Positions 13,655 to 27,045 of a stretch of DNA of 63,304 nucleotides are shown piece by piece. How positions within the stretch are numbered: position 1 is the stretch's first letter; each line of letters opens with the position of its first letter. This stretch comes from Octopus bimaculoides (taxonomy: Eukaryota). Position numbers and translations under genes: made by a program. Where the stretch lies: the NCBI RefSeq assembly GCF_001194135.2, contig NC_068985.1, forward strand, positions 34,225,747 through 34,289,050, given 5' to 3'. The notes beneath the pieces are model-generated. The model searched no databases. It saw nothing but the letters and a program-made list of their open reading frames with translations, and was not told the DNA's origin.

Positions 13655-13790
13655 TCCTTTCTACTAAAGGCACAAAGCCTGAAATTTTGTAGGGAGGTGA
13701 CTCGTCGATTACATCGACTCTGAAAGGATGAAAAGCAAAGTTGACATCGGCGTAATTTGAACTCAAAATGTTGCGACGGGCGAAATACCG
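13655..13790 (-). mobile_element. SINE family B, 3' part (interrupted copy)
   Basis: The minus strand resumes cggtatttcg...gagttcaaattacgccgatgtcaactttgcttttcatcctttc, matching the intact copy at 23397. Confidence 0.8.
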
Positions 13791-15385
13791 ATTTCTTTAT
13801 TACCCATAAAGGGCTATACAAAGAATTTTTAAGACATCACAAAACATAAAGACAGTACAAAACGCCAACATAAAATCGGGGTAATTAAAATAAAATGATA
13901 ATATGCAAGAATGAAAAAAATGAGGCGCAATGTCCACTCGATCCCCGAAGTCGAGTGGTTACATTTATCCAGCTTTTCACTTTTACGTTCAACGTCATGT
14001 AAGCATTTAAACGGTTTTGGAACTCAAAAAATTCAAACACTCGCGTTACCTTTCTTCCATTAATCATTGTTACGTCCGTCCTTAACAACTTCAAATATCC
14101 GTTTCGTTATTATATTTTCACCAAGTTCTTTTATGCACTCGAAGCATCTTCCCTCACGTATCAAAATGCATTTTCCAGCACATTTCTCTGGCATTTTCAC
14201 TCTTATTATTTCTTCTAACCTCTCGACTTTTCTCTCCACCTGCTCGCAATTCTCGTACTTTATCAAAATCCCCTTGTATTTCACATCTTTATCCGTTCTC
14301 TCCTCCTCTTCTTGTACATTTTTAGTTTCTGGCTTTTTTTATCTCTCTTCTGTTTTCTGTTGACCGTTCCTTTGACTTATTTTTCCTTCGCTTTTTAGGG
14401 TTAGTAGCTCCATTTTCGTTCTTCTCCTTTGTTTTCTCTGTTTCACACTTCTGTCTCTCTTTCATTTCCTCAGTGTGGTCTACAATTCTTTCCTCCTCTG
14501 TTTGTGTTTTCTCTTGCTGTGGCTGTGTGAACTCATATAGAGGGCATTTGGTTTTCATATGACCTCTCTCCTCGCATATATAACAATTTGGTTTCCTTCC
14601 CTCGACTTTAATGTTCTCTCATCCTCCACTTCTATCTGGTAGGGAATTCTTTCTATGTCCTCGAATGTGGCAAAAAGCCACATTTCGAGTCCAAATCCCC
14701 ACCATTTGTGCACTTTTGATTTCGCCACTGGTCCCAATTCCGGCTCCTCCTTGGTTGCAGCCAGCACTGTTGCAACCAACCACTCTGGTTTAATATCTGG
14801 TGTAACTCTGGGAATACGTATTTTCACAATTCTTCTTCCTCTATAACTTGGTAGCAATGCTATTTTCTCACTTCTTAAGATGTTGGTCGTATGCTTGGTT
14901 GCCTCTTCTATAGTGGCGAACCTCACCTCAACCGCACCGAACTTTCTTCCTCTGTTGATGTACGTGGCTTCATTCACAATTTCACCCAGGCACTCCTCGA
15001 TTTCCTCTTCCGTCACCATTTCAATTTTACCGGTTTCGACAGCCTGTGTACGATACACTACTGTCCTCAGAATTTTATTTTCTTTAGTCTCTTTTGGGGG
15101 ACACAATTTGTATGTGTCTCCCCCAACTTCTATCAAATTCCTGCTTCTGGTCACCTCCTCCATATCCAACTTGATTAACTTGGTTTCTAGCGGCACTGGC
15201 TTCATCACCGCAGTGGCTTTGGCGTAGCTCTCCATACTGGAGACACTACCACTTGCCATAGCTGGGAAAAATGCAGCAGCTCACGTGAAATGCAACCGTA
15301 ATAATTCCACAAAAATCACAATTATTCACCGAGACAGTTTTCACGAAGTAACACAACAATATTCAAAATAATTCACAGAGCCGTT
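13791..15385 (-). mobile_element. L1/Tx1-type element carrying only ORF1 (HAL1-like), with AATAAA at its 3' end
   Basis: ORF1-like frame 15259-14322 with one frameshift near 14605 and a zinc knuckle CYICEERGHMKTKC (CX2CX4HX4C); no EN or RT motifs; AATAAA at 13796-13801; flanked by cggtat/tggtat. Confidence 0.75.
14322..15259 (-). pseudogene. LINE ORF1p (gag-like RNA-binding protein: RRM-like region, CCHC knuckle, charged tail), frameshifted
   Basis: ORFs 14555-15259 and 14322-14558 join across one frameshift (...RTLK/VEGRKPNCYICEERGHMKTKC...); homologous to 41148-41577. Confidence 0.75.
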
Positions 15386-15437
15386 ATACCACGAAGCAGT
15401 TCGCCCGGCGTGCTAACGATTCTGCCAGCTCGCCGCC
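15386..15437 (-). mobile_element. SINE family B, 5' tRNA-like head (other half of the interrupted copy)
   Basis: ggcggcgagctggcagaatcgttagcacgccgggcgaa matches heads at 23397 and 33311. Confidence 0.85.
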
Positions 15438-15964
15438 TTAATGATAATAATGACAAGGGCACTCAGAGAGTGCAAACCTCCGCCAGTGCAACATCGACAT
15501 CCTAATCTTTTTTATTACCCACGACGGGGCGAACATAGAAGGGACAATACACAGTATGTGGGGATATACAAACAGGGGAAAAAAAAAATTAGAACCAACG
15601 TATGAAAAAATGACATGAAAAGCGAAGGTGAAAAATGGAATGAAGTCACTCTGTCCCACTTCATAGCAGCTTCATTTATACATTTTAAACTTCGTTCCCG
15701 TTAGAATATCGATACCAAATTTTGCCATTACTTCCTCATATGTCATATACTGTGGTAATACGTCCCAATCCAATTTCACCTCCCAACACCTGTATCCGCT
15801 TTTATATCTAGCTATCTTTTCTTTCTGTTCATCCGAGCACAATGCACAACAGTGCATCCCTTTATGTTGTCAAAACTCGTTGTTCCAACAGCTTTAAAGT
15901 CTTCCCAAGATAACACTTCTTTACACAGTTTTTCATTTGAGTCATCATACATAACTCTTTTACT

Positions 15965-16106
15965 TGTTTCAGTCATTTGACTGCGGCCGTGCTGGAGCAC
16001 CGCCTTTAGTCGAGCAAATCGACCCCAGGACTTATTCTTTGGAAGCCTAGTACTTATTCTATCGGTCTCTTTTGCCGAACCGCTAAGTTACGGGGACGTA
16101 AACACA
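15965..16106 (-). mobile_element. SINE family A, 3' part (runs into gap)
   Basis: Same block as 106, 10284 and 63075. Confidence 0.85.
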
Positions 16107-16587
16107 NNNNNNNNNNNNNNNNNNNNNNNNNNNNNNNNNNNNNNNNNNNNNNNNNNNNNNNNNNNNNNNNNNNNNNNNNNNNNNNNNNNNNNNNNNNNNN
16201 NNNNNNNNNNNNNNNNNNNNNNNNNNNNNNNNNNNNNNNNNNNNNNNNNNNNNNNNNNNNNNNNNNNNNNNNNNNNNNNNNNNNNNNNNNNNNNNNNNNN
16301 NNNNNNNNNNNNNNNNNNNNNNNNNNNNNNNNNNNNNNNNNNNNNNNNNNNNNNNNNNNNNNNNNNNNNNNNNNNNNNNNNNNNNNNNNNNNNNNNNNNN
16401 NNNNNNNNNNNNNNNNNNNNNNNNNNNNNNNNNNNNNNNNNNNNNNNNNNNNNNNNNNNNNNNNNNNNNNNNNNNNNNNNNNNNNNNNNNNNNNNNNNNN
16501 NNNNNNNNNNNNNNNNNNNNNNNNNNNNNNNNNNNNNGGGTGGGTGTTGCTCTCTCACTCAATAATAATAATAATAATAATAATAAT

Positions 16588-17312
16588 AGGTGGGATTGGC
16601 TGTTGAAAGAAACCCTAATAAAAAAGACCGAGAGCACTATACTGGCAGCGCAGGACCAAACTCTGGCCACGAACTGGAGGTCAACATGAGGAATGAGCAA
16701 GTGTCTCCGCTGTTCCGCGTCTGCAACGGAGTGGATGAAACCATTACCCAAATCACGAACGAATGAATGCCTTAGACTTGCCACAAACCACTACAAGTTG
16801 TGGTGACACAACCAGGCAGCGAAAGTGCTATATTGGAAACTGTGCGGAAAGTGGGGGCTAGAGAGAGATAAGACATGGTATGAGCACAAACAGCAGAGAG
16901 TGTCAGAGTCAGAGACTAGGAAAATCCTCTGGGATTTCCCAATCCAAACAGATCAGGTGCTAGAGAATAACAGACCGAACAAGGTGCATCAAATATGTTA
17001 TATAGTTGACCCACGAATAGTCAAGAAGGAAGGCGAAAAGATAGATTGATACAACCCTCTTAAGTATGAAATAGTCTGTCTCTGGAAAATGAAGAAGGTG
17101 AAGATAGTGCCGATTATTGTTGGGTCCTTGGGAACAGTATCAGAAGGCATCAACAGGATAATATAAAGGAAATTGGAATAGAGTACCCAGTAGAACTGTT
17201 ACAAAAGGTTTGCCTTCTTGGCACGGCCAGAATAATCAGGAAAGTATGAGATAGCTGAAAAGAACGAATAGCATGGTACCGTAACTCCAACAAAACCTGT
17301 GATAAAATGAAA
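16588..17312 (+). mobile_element. R4/Dong-clade non-LTR retrotransposon, 3' fragment (zinc-knuckle/RLE region)
   Basis: Frames read WDWLLKETLIKKTESTILAAQDQ, KILWDFPIQTD...NNRP and IVPIIVGSLG; (AAT)n at 16561-16587 and aataataat at the 3' end. Confidence 0.85.
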
Positions 17313-17527
17313 ATAATAATCATAACAACAGCACTGCTTATCTGAAAATCAGAGGCATCAATGTACACATGTTTCTCAGGGTGGAGTGTGTGCTGTGAAG
17401 GGCGGACAAATTGCCTTGTTTAATAGAATTAAGATAGTTTTAAACCTTTCAAACTGTCCAGCATTATGTTGAAAAGAAGAGTATGGATGCAAAATCTTTT
17501 GTCTTCTCATTATTAAAGAAGGAGTAA

Positions 17528-17745
17528 GACGTCGAGCTGACAGAGTCGTTAGCGTATCGGATAAAATGCTTTGCGGTATTTCTTCCAACTGTTTTCGTTC
17601 TGAGTTAAAATTCCGCTGAAATCAATTTTGCCTTTCATCTTTTCGGAGTCGATAAAATACACTATCAATAAAGTACTAGGGTTGAAGTAATCGACTCGCA
17701 TCTTTTCTCAAAACTGCGTGCTTTGAGCCAAAATTAGAAAGAATT
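17528..17745 (+). mobile_element. SINE family B, diverged
   Basis: gagctgacagagtcgttagc...gcctttcatctttcggagtcgataaaa. Confidence 0.75.
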
Positions 17746-20254
17746 ATTAAAGTGGGAATAGAGACAAAAAATTTCACTTTTTGTGGGGTTCTGGTCAGTT
17801 AGAGAATCCCCCCCCCCAAAGACTTACAAGTACACCAGCTACAAGAAATAGACTGATGAAACTCGGTCCGCGTTCCAAAAATCCAGCTACAACCCTTTAC
17901 TGCTGTGACTGCTATGCATGTGTACTTCATACATGGAAGAGTATATGGACCTCGGTGCGGTTTGCAAGTGTACATATGTACTTCCGGATGACAGTAACGA
18001 GAGAGTCATCGTTGGAAATGGCGGACAGCTAAGAAAATGCAAGTTATTATCAAGGGGAACACCAAACTGTAAATTATTGTTATGTATATAATGTTTAGGA
18101 TGACGGAGAGGACAGTGATGAATTGTTTGAAAGATGAAAAGAAATATGCAGTAGGTACTTTCTTAACATAATGGTTCAGTTCTGCTAAGAGATAGAGATG
18201 TACAATTTTGACATCGGCAACAAAAAACTTGACAAATATTCATAATATCGTTCAGCAAATTGCATTATAGGAAAACTCCTGAGACTCTATCTCGCGAATG
18301 ATTTTAGTTAATTTCAATTTCAACTTGTGAATGCAAAGAAAAATTAAGCTTCTGAATTATGTATTTGATTAAATTAGGAAAAAAATAGATGTTGTTTTGT
18401 TAATTCCAAATAGATGAACTTCCGTCACTGACTGTCGAATCAGAATAATTAGAGAGCCTCTACGTGGCCATATCTCTCAAATATTACAAGCAAACATAAA
18501 AAAAGGCAAGAAATGTTCACAGCTATAATTCTAGTGATCATAGATCTGATGGATCAAGGTGGACACATAGTGAAACAACGTAACGGATATGTGTATTGGT
18601 TGGGTCTTCATTGTCGCTGAGGTCTTTGGTGGAAGATTTTAATGGATTAATTTGGTTGCGTGTGTTGTAAACAGAAACAGAACTTGCAAACATTTTACAC
18701 TACGTTTATTTAAGGGAAGGCTGAACGCGCACGCACCCACACATCCATCCATCTATCCATATATATATATGTATATATATATTCACACATATAAGATTAC
18801 ATACTTATACACACACATATGCATGTATGTTCCTATATATATATATAAGTAATGTTTAACGCCACTTTAATATGGCTGTTCCGTAGGAACCGACGTTACT
18901 ACCCTTTTTAACCATAGGAAGAGCCTCCTGCAGCTGGTTATCGATGCAATTCGCACCCAATCTCTATTGCAAGTAGAGGAGCGAACCCCTACCATCTTAT
19001 AGCAGACGACGGGACCACCAGACAGTGCGGTTTCGAGCTATAGTGCTCATCCTCAGTGGTGGTGAACACCCATCTGCCAGAATTAGCAGTATTTCGCTCC
19101 AGCTCAAAATATACAGAAAAGTAAGTGACAACCAGTTACTGAGATGAAAGTTGAAACTATGTTGCTAGAAGATGGCCTTTGCCGAGAAGTGAGAAATATG
19201 CTCCTTGATCGCTCCCAGCGTCTGCTAATGATCCTCGCAGGCTTTACTTTTCACTTGAGAAAAGCACACGAAACTCAAGTACATTCACTTTTGTTCTAAC
19301 TTTGTGGCGTGTTCTCCTGCAATCTGATTTGTCGATAAATAAAGTGTACATGTGAAAATTGCATGTTTCAATTGTGGTTCACTAATAGCACTAACCTGGT
19401 AATTTAGAAAAAGGGGTTCGAATCCTAGGATTCGTTACACAACAATAACAACTGCCAAGTTTTTACAATTTCTGGGAATAGTATTCTCTTAATTTCGGCT
19501 CAAATTAAGCCTTAAACGAAGTGAACAAAGTTTGCTGATACTATTGATGTATACTCGAAATTCCAATATGTGCTAAAATAGAAGGAAGTACTGACATATG
19601 ATTACTTCAACATTATCCTATATGATGCTATAAAGTTATAATTATTAAGAGAAATAAAACAGAATCTTATGTAATAACTCAACAGAAAGAATAAATTCAT
19701 TACAAAGGAAGAACATTAGAATATCAGTACATAAAAATATACTACCCATTGGGTAAAGTAAAAGCTATGGGTCGACAAATCAGTTAACTATCACCAGCAG
19801 ATATGGAATGTTAGACAGGAGGTATTTATAAACTGAGAACTTCAAACAATATGAAACGGAGGAATTATCTAAACACTTAAAACGATTGAAAACGAAACAT
19901 GCAGAGAGCAGTATATCTAATTATAGACATATAAGAAAAGGATTTCATAGAGAAAGGTAGGAGTTAAGAAACATGATGTGAATAGTTCAATTACCTCTTA
20001 AAATTAAACACCTCTGTCGCTTATATTATGTAGAATATAAATTAAAATAATACAAAATTTACTAGTTATTGATTAAACCTCGCATACATCTTTGAATTTC
20101 GTTCATGAATTTTGCTATAAAATCTTTCAAACATTTAATATCAAAAGAATGTTTACGATAGGCATTCTAAGGCATTCTACAGGATACAACAAAGTTGTTA
20201 TACATAATCACAGATCACATGGAATTGCAAATTGACTAAATTAATTTTGTCTCT

Positions 20255-20630
20255 GGCTGCGAGCTGGCAGATTCGTTAGCACGCCGGGCAAAATGCTTAG
20301 CGGCATTTCGTATGTTCTTCCGTTTTGAGTTCAAATTCTGTCGAGGTCGACTTTGCTTTTCATCCGTTCGGGATTGATAAAATAAGCACCGGTTGAGCAT
20401 TGGAGTCGATGTAATCCACTTACCCCTTCTCCGGACTTAATGGCCTTGTGCCAAAATTTGAAATCAATATTATTTTGTCTGTATGTTCGAGTTTGAAATT
20501 TACTTGGGTAACTTTGAATCTAATCCCTCGGAGCTGATAAAATAAGTACCAGTTATGGCTACCTTGGTGAATTCTATCGACTCTATCTTTGCCATTACAA
20601 ATTTACAGCAGTCTTGTGCCAGCGGAAGAA
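20255..20630 (+). mobile_element. Two tandem SINE family B copies (second one decayed)
   Basis: gcgagctggcagattcgttagcacgccggg...gataaaataagcacc, then a second gataaaataagtaccagt at about 20535. Confidence 0.75.
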
Positions 20631-21643
20631 ATCCTAATTCGCTTCTGCCACTTTTTTTTGTTGATATTTTCATTCTAATTGCATAGAATATTTTCACTCC
20701 CACTTGACTTGATATTTCCCCCCTCAATTTTCTAATTCTTTCACATTTTCAAAATATCCAGTTGTGCTAATCATTTTTGACCTTCGTCTGTACATACTGT
20801 GTAACATCATTTGTCCAGTTTGTGGAAGGGGAAAAATCTGTATTCCAATTATAAACAATCATGGTTAGTAGTAGAGTGAAAATCAACAGAAAGATCAGTT
20901 AATAAGATAATTACTTTGCATTTGCTGTCAATAGCAACTATTAAACTGCTCACAATTTTTGTGAACGGGTTTTTCAGTAACGTGATGCTTCCCAAAATTG
21001 AATTATGAACAGTCAAATGAATTTAGGTCAGTAAAATTATGTATACTTCTCGAATACAACTAGCAATAATTTGTTTATTTAACTGCAATAGAACTAATTG
21101 TTCAAATGATTTAATTATGCAGGATATATAGCAAAAGAGGGAAAAATATATAATTGAGAACGATATTATTGACAAGAAGTAGTCACATCAATTTATAACA
21201 GTGTTAGAGTTCATTTGAAGCTGATTTGTCTGAATCAAATCAACTAATATCAATGCTATCATTAATACTTTTATTGATATTTCCTTTTCGTACATTTCAA
21301 ACATGGTAACCTCATATATCAAAATAAACAGCACATAACCTTTTAGGTGGAGTCTAGTTACAATTTTCTTCGAGTCGAGTAGTCCATCCCGCCCCAAAAG
21401 ATGTTTAAGGATGATGAACGAAACACCCATGCTTCCAGGGGTGAATTACTCAAACCCCAAAGAATCCCTCTCAACACATGACTGATGCTCCCCCACTACT
21501 TCTGCTTTTGATTAGAGATGCACATATCGTCAGCCATCAAGGGACATGCTCAACAGGTTAAAGTGAAGCAACTGACAAGCAAATCTGTGGTATTGAGCAA
21601 AATATTTGGTGTATATTATAATCATCGTGGTTTTGGATTTAAT

Positions 21644-21689
<46 letters not shown>

Positions 21690-21693
21690 CGTG
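21644..21693. repeat. (TG)n microsatellite
   Basis: Direct read. Confidence 0.95.
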
Positions 21694-22507
21694 TGATCTT
21701 GTTGATTTTTATTGTCAGCTGTATACAGGAATTGACCTGTTGTTTCCTGGTTAGTTTTTGTTTTCGATTTTGTTTCCTTCATCTATTCGGGAGAATTGTC
21801 TGCTTTAAATTTTGTATCTACAAAACTAATCATTTTTGCTTAAACGTTATGCATGAATTCTTGTCAAAGCATAATGTTAATGAAGAGGAATGTGACAAGG
21901 ACAGAATAAAAGAAAATTCATTAGAAATAGAGAAAAGCGGAAGCTAAAAATGTGACGAGCATTTCTTTTGATTCGAAAGACAATGATGCTGTCAAGCCAA
22001 CGTGCACTAGCGTTTCAACTAAAAGGAGATGGAGGAGGGGAGGAGGAGGAAGAAGAAGAAGAAGAAGAGCAACAACAACAACAACAGCAATGTAATCATG
22101 AAAACAGACCAGCAACACTAAGTCCTGTTCAAACTGATCGAAATTTACGGAAAAATCAATAATACCACCACCAACAATTACCTCTATAACCGCTGCTATT
22201 AAAGTAGTCAATGACAAAACAACCTTACCAGTTCAAAAACAAAGCAACGACAACAAATCACTGGCTAAACAATGTAAATCCACTCAAACATAGGTAGAGC
22301 ATTCATTAGATGCCAGCATAGAGTTCATTTAGGAGCACAGGCAGTATCTCGTGATCCCAGAAACAGAAAGGGAAACGGTTAAAAGAAGGTCCCTCAATTA
22401 CAATAAGACGGAAAATGTTGACTACCATATCTCCAATTACAGAAAGACGGGTAATGTTGACTACCATATCTCCAGCTCAAAGCGAGAAATGTATTCATAA
22501 TTTAATA

Positions 22508-22709
22508 TAGGAAATTGGGTATATACCTAATGATGTATAACCAATTTCCTACAAACTGGTGACCCTCCGACGTGATTCAAACACGCAGCCCGCTGAGCTA
22601 TTTAACGCATTCCTATAAAGTGGTGACCCTCCGACGTGATTCAAACACGCAGCCCGCTGAGCTACAATAACAACTATTTCTATATAACTGATAACCAACT
22701 TTCTTATAA
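22508..22709 (+). repeat. LTR U5-end hairpin plus two tandem 44-bp tRNA-Trp anti-3'-half (PBS) units
   Basis: tggtgaccctccgacgtgattcaaacacgcagcccgctgagcta at 22557-22600 and 22621-22664 (64-bp period); upstream inverted repeat taggaaattgggtata/tataaccaatttccta; homologous to 36485-36600 minus. Confidence 0.8.
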
Positions 22710-23396
22710 AGGCATATGACGTTCAATATGGCATGTGAGGAAAGGAAGGCAACAAGTGACGGTGGTGGTCCTGTCTCAATGAAGACGTGATAAAAAGAAA
22801 AGAAAAATATTTCCATACATGCTCCCACGAAGCATGTTTATCATCGATTTTGGGAAGGCGAGTAAGCAAGGTGATATACAGAAATGTACCACCATAAATA
22901 TAAAATACTTTACTATGATCTTGCAGGTTCATTGAAAAATTAGCTATTTGAGGTTAACTCCCGTCACAAAAATTGAGCTGAAATAAAATTAGAGGTACAG
23001 ATACGGTCCACACAAGAAAACTTGCAAAATACATCCGACCTAATTTACTTGGAGAGAAGAGGTCCAATAAGAATTGCGGTAGAGGTCTTGTGTTAAACTT
23101 ATGGTTGCACTAGCCACCAGAGGGCCTTTCTACCCTCTGACAGAAGTTGTAAAACTCCTTGGTGCCAACGTCACCACTACAGCAATATCTGTAATAACAA
23201 GAACAGCATTAACCAATAACAGCATCAAAAACCCAAACCAGTTACGAAGTAGCGAAGGTGTTTAAACGCTACCAGCACCAGCACCAGTGGTACTGTCACT
23301 GCAGCCACCTTCGAAGCAGAAAACCCTACAGAAATGCCCTCTTCCAACCAACACCAATACAACACAAACATAAATGACGATAAACGTGCAGGTAAA

Positions 23397-23612
23397 GGCG
23401 GCGAGCTGGCAGAAACGTTAGCACGCCGGGCGAAATGCTTATCGGTATTTCGTCTATCCTTACGTTCTGAGTTCAAATTACGCTGAAGTCGACTTTGCTT
23501 TTCATCCTTTCGGGGGTCGATAAATTAAGTACCAATTGTGTACTGGGGTCGATCTAATCGACTGTCCCCCTCCCGCAAAATTTCGGGCCTTGCGCCTAGA
23601 GTAGAAAAGAAT
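23397..23612 (+). mobile_element. SINE family B, full length
   Basis: tRNA-like A box (tggcagaaacgttagc) and B box (gagttcaaat), central gctttcatcctttcgggggtcgataaattaagtacc-type domain. Confidence 0.9.
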
Positions 23613-23799
23613 AAACGTGCAGGTATGCACCAGTCAGTCTTCATCCTCCTCCTTTGAGACTTCATCAAATGACAAGGAGAAGGAAAAGGAGAAAACTCAG
23701 AGGAGCAAAGAGAAAAAGGATCATAGATCCTCCTCCTCCTCTTCCTACACACACACACACACACTCAATCGCCAGTGAAGTAGACAGAGATGGGACGTT

Positions 23800-26700
23800 A
23801 AAAACTCACAAACTAATTACCCTCACCATCTAACAAACTACTAAAAACACATCGAGAACAATAAAAGTAACCAAATCCACAACTAAACCTTTTTTCGCGT
23901 CAGCCACATTAAGAAAACACGTAAATACAAGAACACTAAAAATACCAAAAAGTGTCAAAAAACTGTGGAACATGCAAAAAATAAATTCCGTTAATTTCAC
24001 TGTTGTAAATAGAAACAGCAGTAAGTTGATGGAGTGTCTATCAAAATATCTCAAGGATAAAATTGAAACAAAAGAAGAGCTTTACGGAATTCATCCTCAA
24101 AATGTCAAAAGATAGACTACAAAGAAAACGCCCGCAGATTTCTAAACGAATTAAAGCATAGATTCCTATCCTGTGTCGGAATTTTCCTGAAAAAGTAGAC
24201 AAAAAAATTATTGGTGTAGCTTTTCATGAAACATTCTACTGAAGAAAAGACCAAATTATTCGGCTTTCTTGAAAATGAAGGTGTTTGGCCTTTTTCCTGT
24301 TTCATTTTCCCGGCAGATATAACTGTGTTCAGAGTGTGATGTATAAATGTACACAATTTGGAAGCAAAGTCATTTGCTCAATGACCTTAGGTCATTAGAC
24401 ATGCATTTAGTAGCCATCGGCAAAATCAGAATTTCCAGATTGTAAACAGTCGCGCTCATTTTTGACGATTATGAGGTGTCTAAATCTTGTAGTTCATTAG
24501 AATTGGGAGACGATTTGAGCGTTATTTCGAGAAGGATTGAATCTCGAGGTACGGACGATTTTCCTTGACCCGACAACAAATCGATACTGCTGGACGTAAA
24601 CGGTAGCAAAGACAGTATTTTCAGATTAGTTAATTATATATGCAGCGACCACATTTCTTGAGGTGTCCAGAAACGTTTTTGAAATATCCCGCTCTTCAGT
24701 AATCGTGAAGAATTGGAATTGCATACATGACAGGTTGTGTACTGTTAGCCCACGGGAGAAGGAGTGTAATAGGCTCACAAACTTGCTCAGACGATACCAA
24801 CTGTCTGAAAGACACCGAGTAGATTTTACAAATGTACCAGTAGGCAGAGCAACCGCAACTGGTCATCCACATCATACCAAAAGTTTTACTTAGACAGAGA
24901 TATGTAGGATGTTATCAATTTCAAGTGGTTGGCTACACGGACTACAAATTAATTTGCCTATCCTGGCGCTCTAAGACCATAGTGGTCGGATTAGTGAATT
25001 AGTTGAGCGGCAGTTGACGGGGTGATCCTCAACTGGTCGTTTGAAAAAAGGTGGGTGATTAGAACAGAATCGATAAAGTTTAGTGAAAAAGTAGTGATCG
25101 AGAGCCATAAATGAGGTGAACAAAGTAGAAGACGCATTTCTATGAGCTGGGAGTGGTGGCAGTGTTGAGGAAGGACGCGAACAAAACAACCTTAATCATT
25201 AATTCCTGGCCCATAACTCTGTTGAATATTGAGTTTAAGATATTAGCCAAGGCATTAGCAAAGAGACTTGTGCTTCTCTTCGGTAGTTTCGTCGGTAAAG
25301 TAAAGAGCTGAGCGATTTTGTGCAGATACGTTTATGACAATCGCTACTCCAGGCAATACATTGAAGAGAAGGTGAGTAACAAACCATCATTCGGTGGGCT
25401 CTGATGAATATAAACCAATTGATAACTTTCGATTAAGTTTGACAATTGTCTTCAAGGCAGCCAGTTCCAATTTCCTTTTTAGAAACTGGATCGCTTCATT
25501 GCAATACAATATCTGCCCGATGGTCAGAGTAAACGACCATCTATCAGAACTGTTTCGAATCAGGCCTTCAGTCCTTCGAGTGTGTCCGCTTTCAATTCTT
25601 TTGGTTGTAATGGTTCTTGACACAATACTGTAGAACTTGTAGTTGTTGAGGAGCATCCTGTTCAAACTGGGATGTAAAAGAGTTATGTCGGTTTATATGG
25701 ACGATATCACCACAATAGTATCAGACGTTACAGAAACTGAGGTGGTCGGAAACGTCCTAAATGAATACAAGGCGGTGACAGGAACAAAGATAAACTGAGG
25801 CAAGTTGGTGGGCTTGCAACTCGGCAGCTACTGAAGAAGTCCATGTTGTCGAACAGCGTCGGACAGACATAGGTTAAGTTGTTTGGAGTGGTTCAGTATT
25901 GATATGTAGGCGGATAGAAGCTAAAACAAGGTTACGAGCAGAGTGGCCAATCTTATGTACAAATAGGCTGAGAGGAAGTGATCCCTGAAAAGTCAGGGAA
26001 AAGTGGCAAAAGCATACATCACCTCCATCGTATATTATCTTTTGTACTAGTGTTCATCTTAGTTGACTAAGCTTTTTCTCTTTCGCTTCTTGTGGAACGA
26101 TGCATTCCACTACTAAAGCTATCCATCTGCGAGAAGGGTTGAGTATATTTCTGCTGTTGACGTACAGATATGTGCCAAGACTGATACCTATAGAGATTCC
26201 TTGACAGTGAAAGCAACTTCTCACAGCTTGTCTCTTTGTCGGAGCTGCATTCCTGCTTCAACCACAAGACCAAAACTAGACACCTCGGGCTATGAAATCT
26301 ATGGAAATTCGTCATTATCAATTAAGAGAACTGGTAGTTGGGTATAGTGATGACGTTCTCAAGGAAACTTTGGGCATAGACAAAAACGCACCGTTTAGAC
26401 CGTTCGGGAGGGCTTTCGGTTCGGTGACTATAGATAACTTCTAGAAATCCGGCGTCTTCTTTCTGCTGAGAAGTTCACACAGATTTCTTTTGTCTGATGG
26501 CTATGACAAAAGTAGTCGTGTGTTGGATGAGAAGTATGAATAGGGAAGAAGGTATTCGCCAGTTACTTTTTCAAAGAGTGGGTAACAGTGGCAAACATGG
26601 CACGAGTGAACAGATCTCTCAGCATACTCCTGTAGATTGGAGAATATCATTTGAGAGAGGGAGCTTTCCCGATAGACAGAGTAACTTTAGATTTTGGGGG

Positions 26701-26880
26701 ATTCCTAGATGGCACTAAGTGCAGTCCTCTACGCTGAGAATATATTTGTATACTGTATATCCTTTTTTTTAAAAATCATTCTAAATTTTTTTGATACTTT
26801 TCTCACCCGATTTCAATATAAACTTCTAATGACCTTTCTGTAATGTACCTTTTACCCGTCACTCTGGTTGCCAATAAATT
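23800..26880 (+). mobile_element. Degenerate L1/Tx1 LINE (ORF1 remnant, APE endonuclease, RT)
   Basis: EN remnants (WNCI near 24715; ttacttagacaga = xLDR near 24890), RT remnants (MVRVNDHLSELFRI..SV..CPLS; YMDD at 25694-25705), AATAAA near 26872; many stops and frameshifts. Confidence 0.8.
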
Positions 26881-26894
26881 AAATCATTAATCAA

Positions 26895-26895
<1 letters not shown>

Positions 26896-26936
<41 letters not shown>

Positions 26937-26990
26937 CTTCTTCTTCTTCTTCTTCTTCTTCTTCTTCTTCTTCTTCTTCTTCTTCTTCTT

Positions 26991-27021
<31 letters not shown>

Positions 27022-27044
27022 TTATTATTATTATTATTATTATT
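26896..27044. repeat. Compound microsatellite (GTT)n(CTT)n(ATT)n
   Basis: Direct read. Confidence 0.95.
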
Positions 27045-27045
27045 A

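Noticed and set aside
19380-19430. tRNA-like A/B boxes (ggttcgaatcc)
   Set aside because: No cloverleaf can be folded; probably a decayed SINE head
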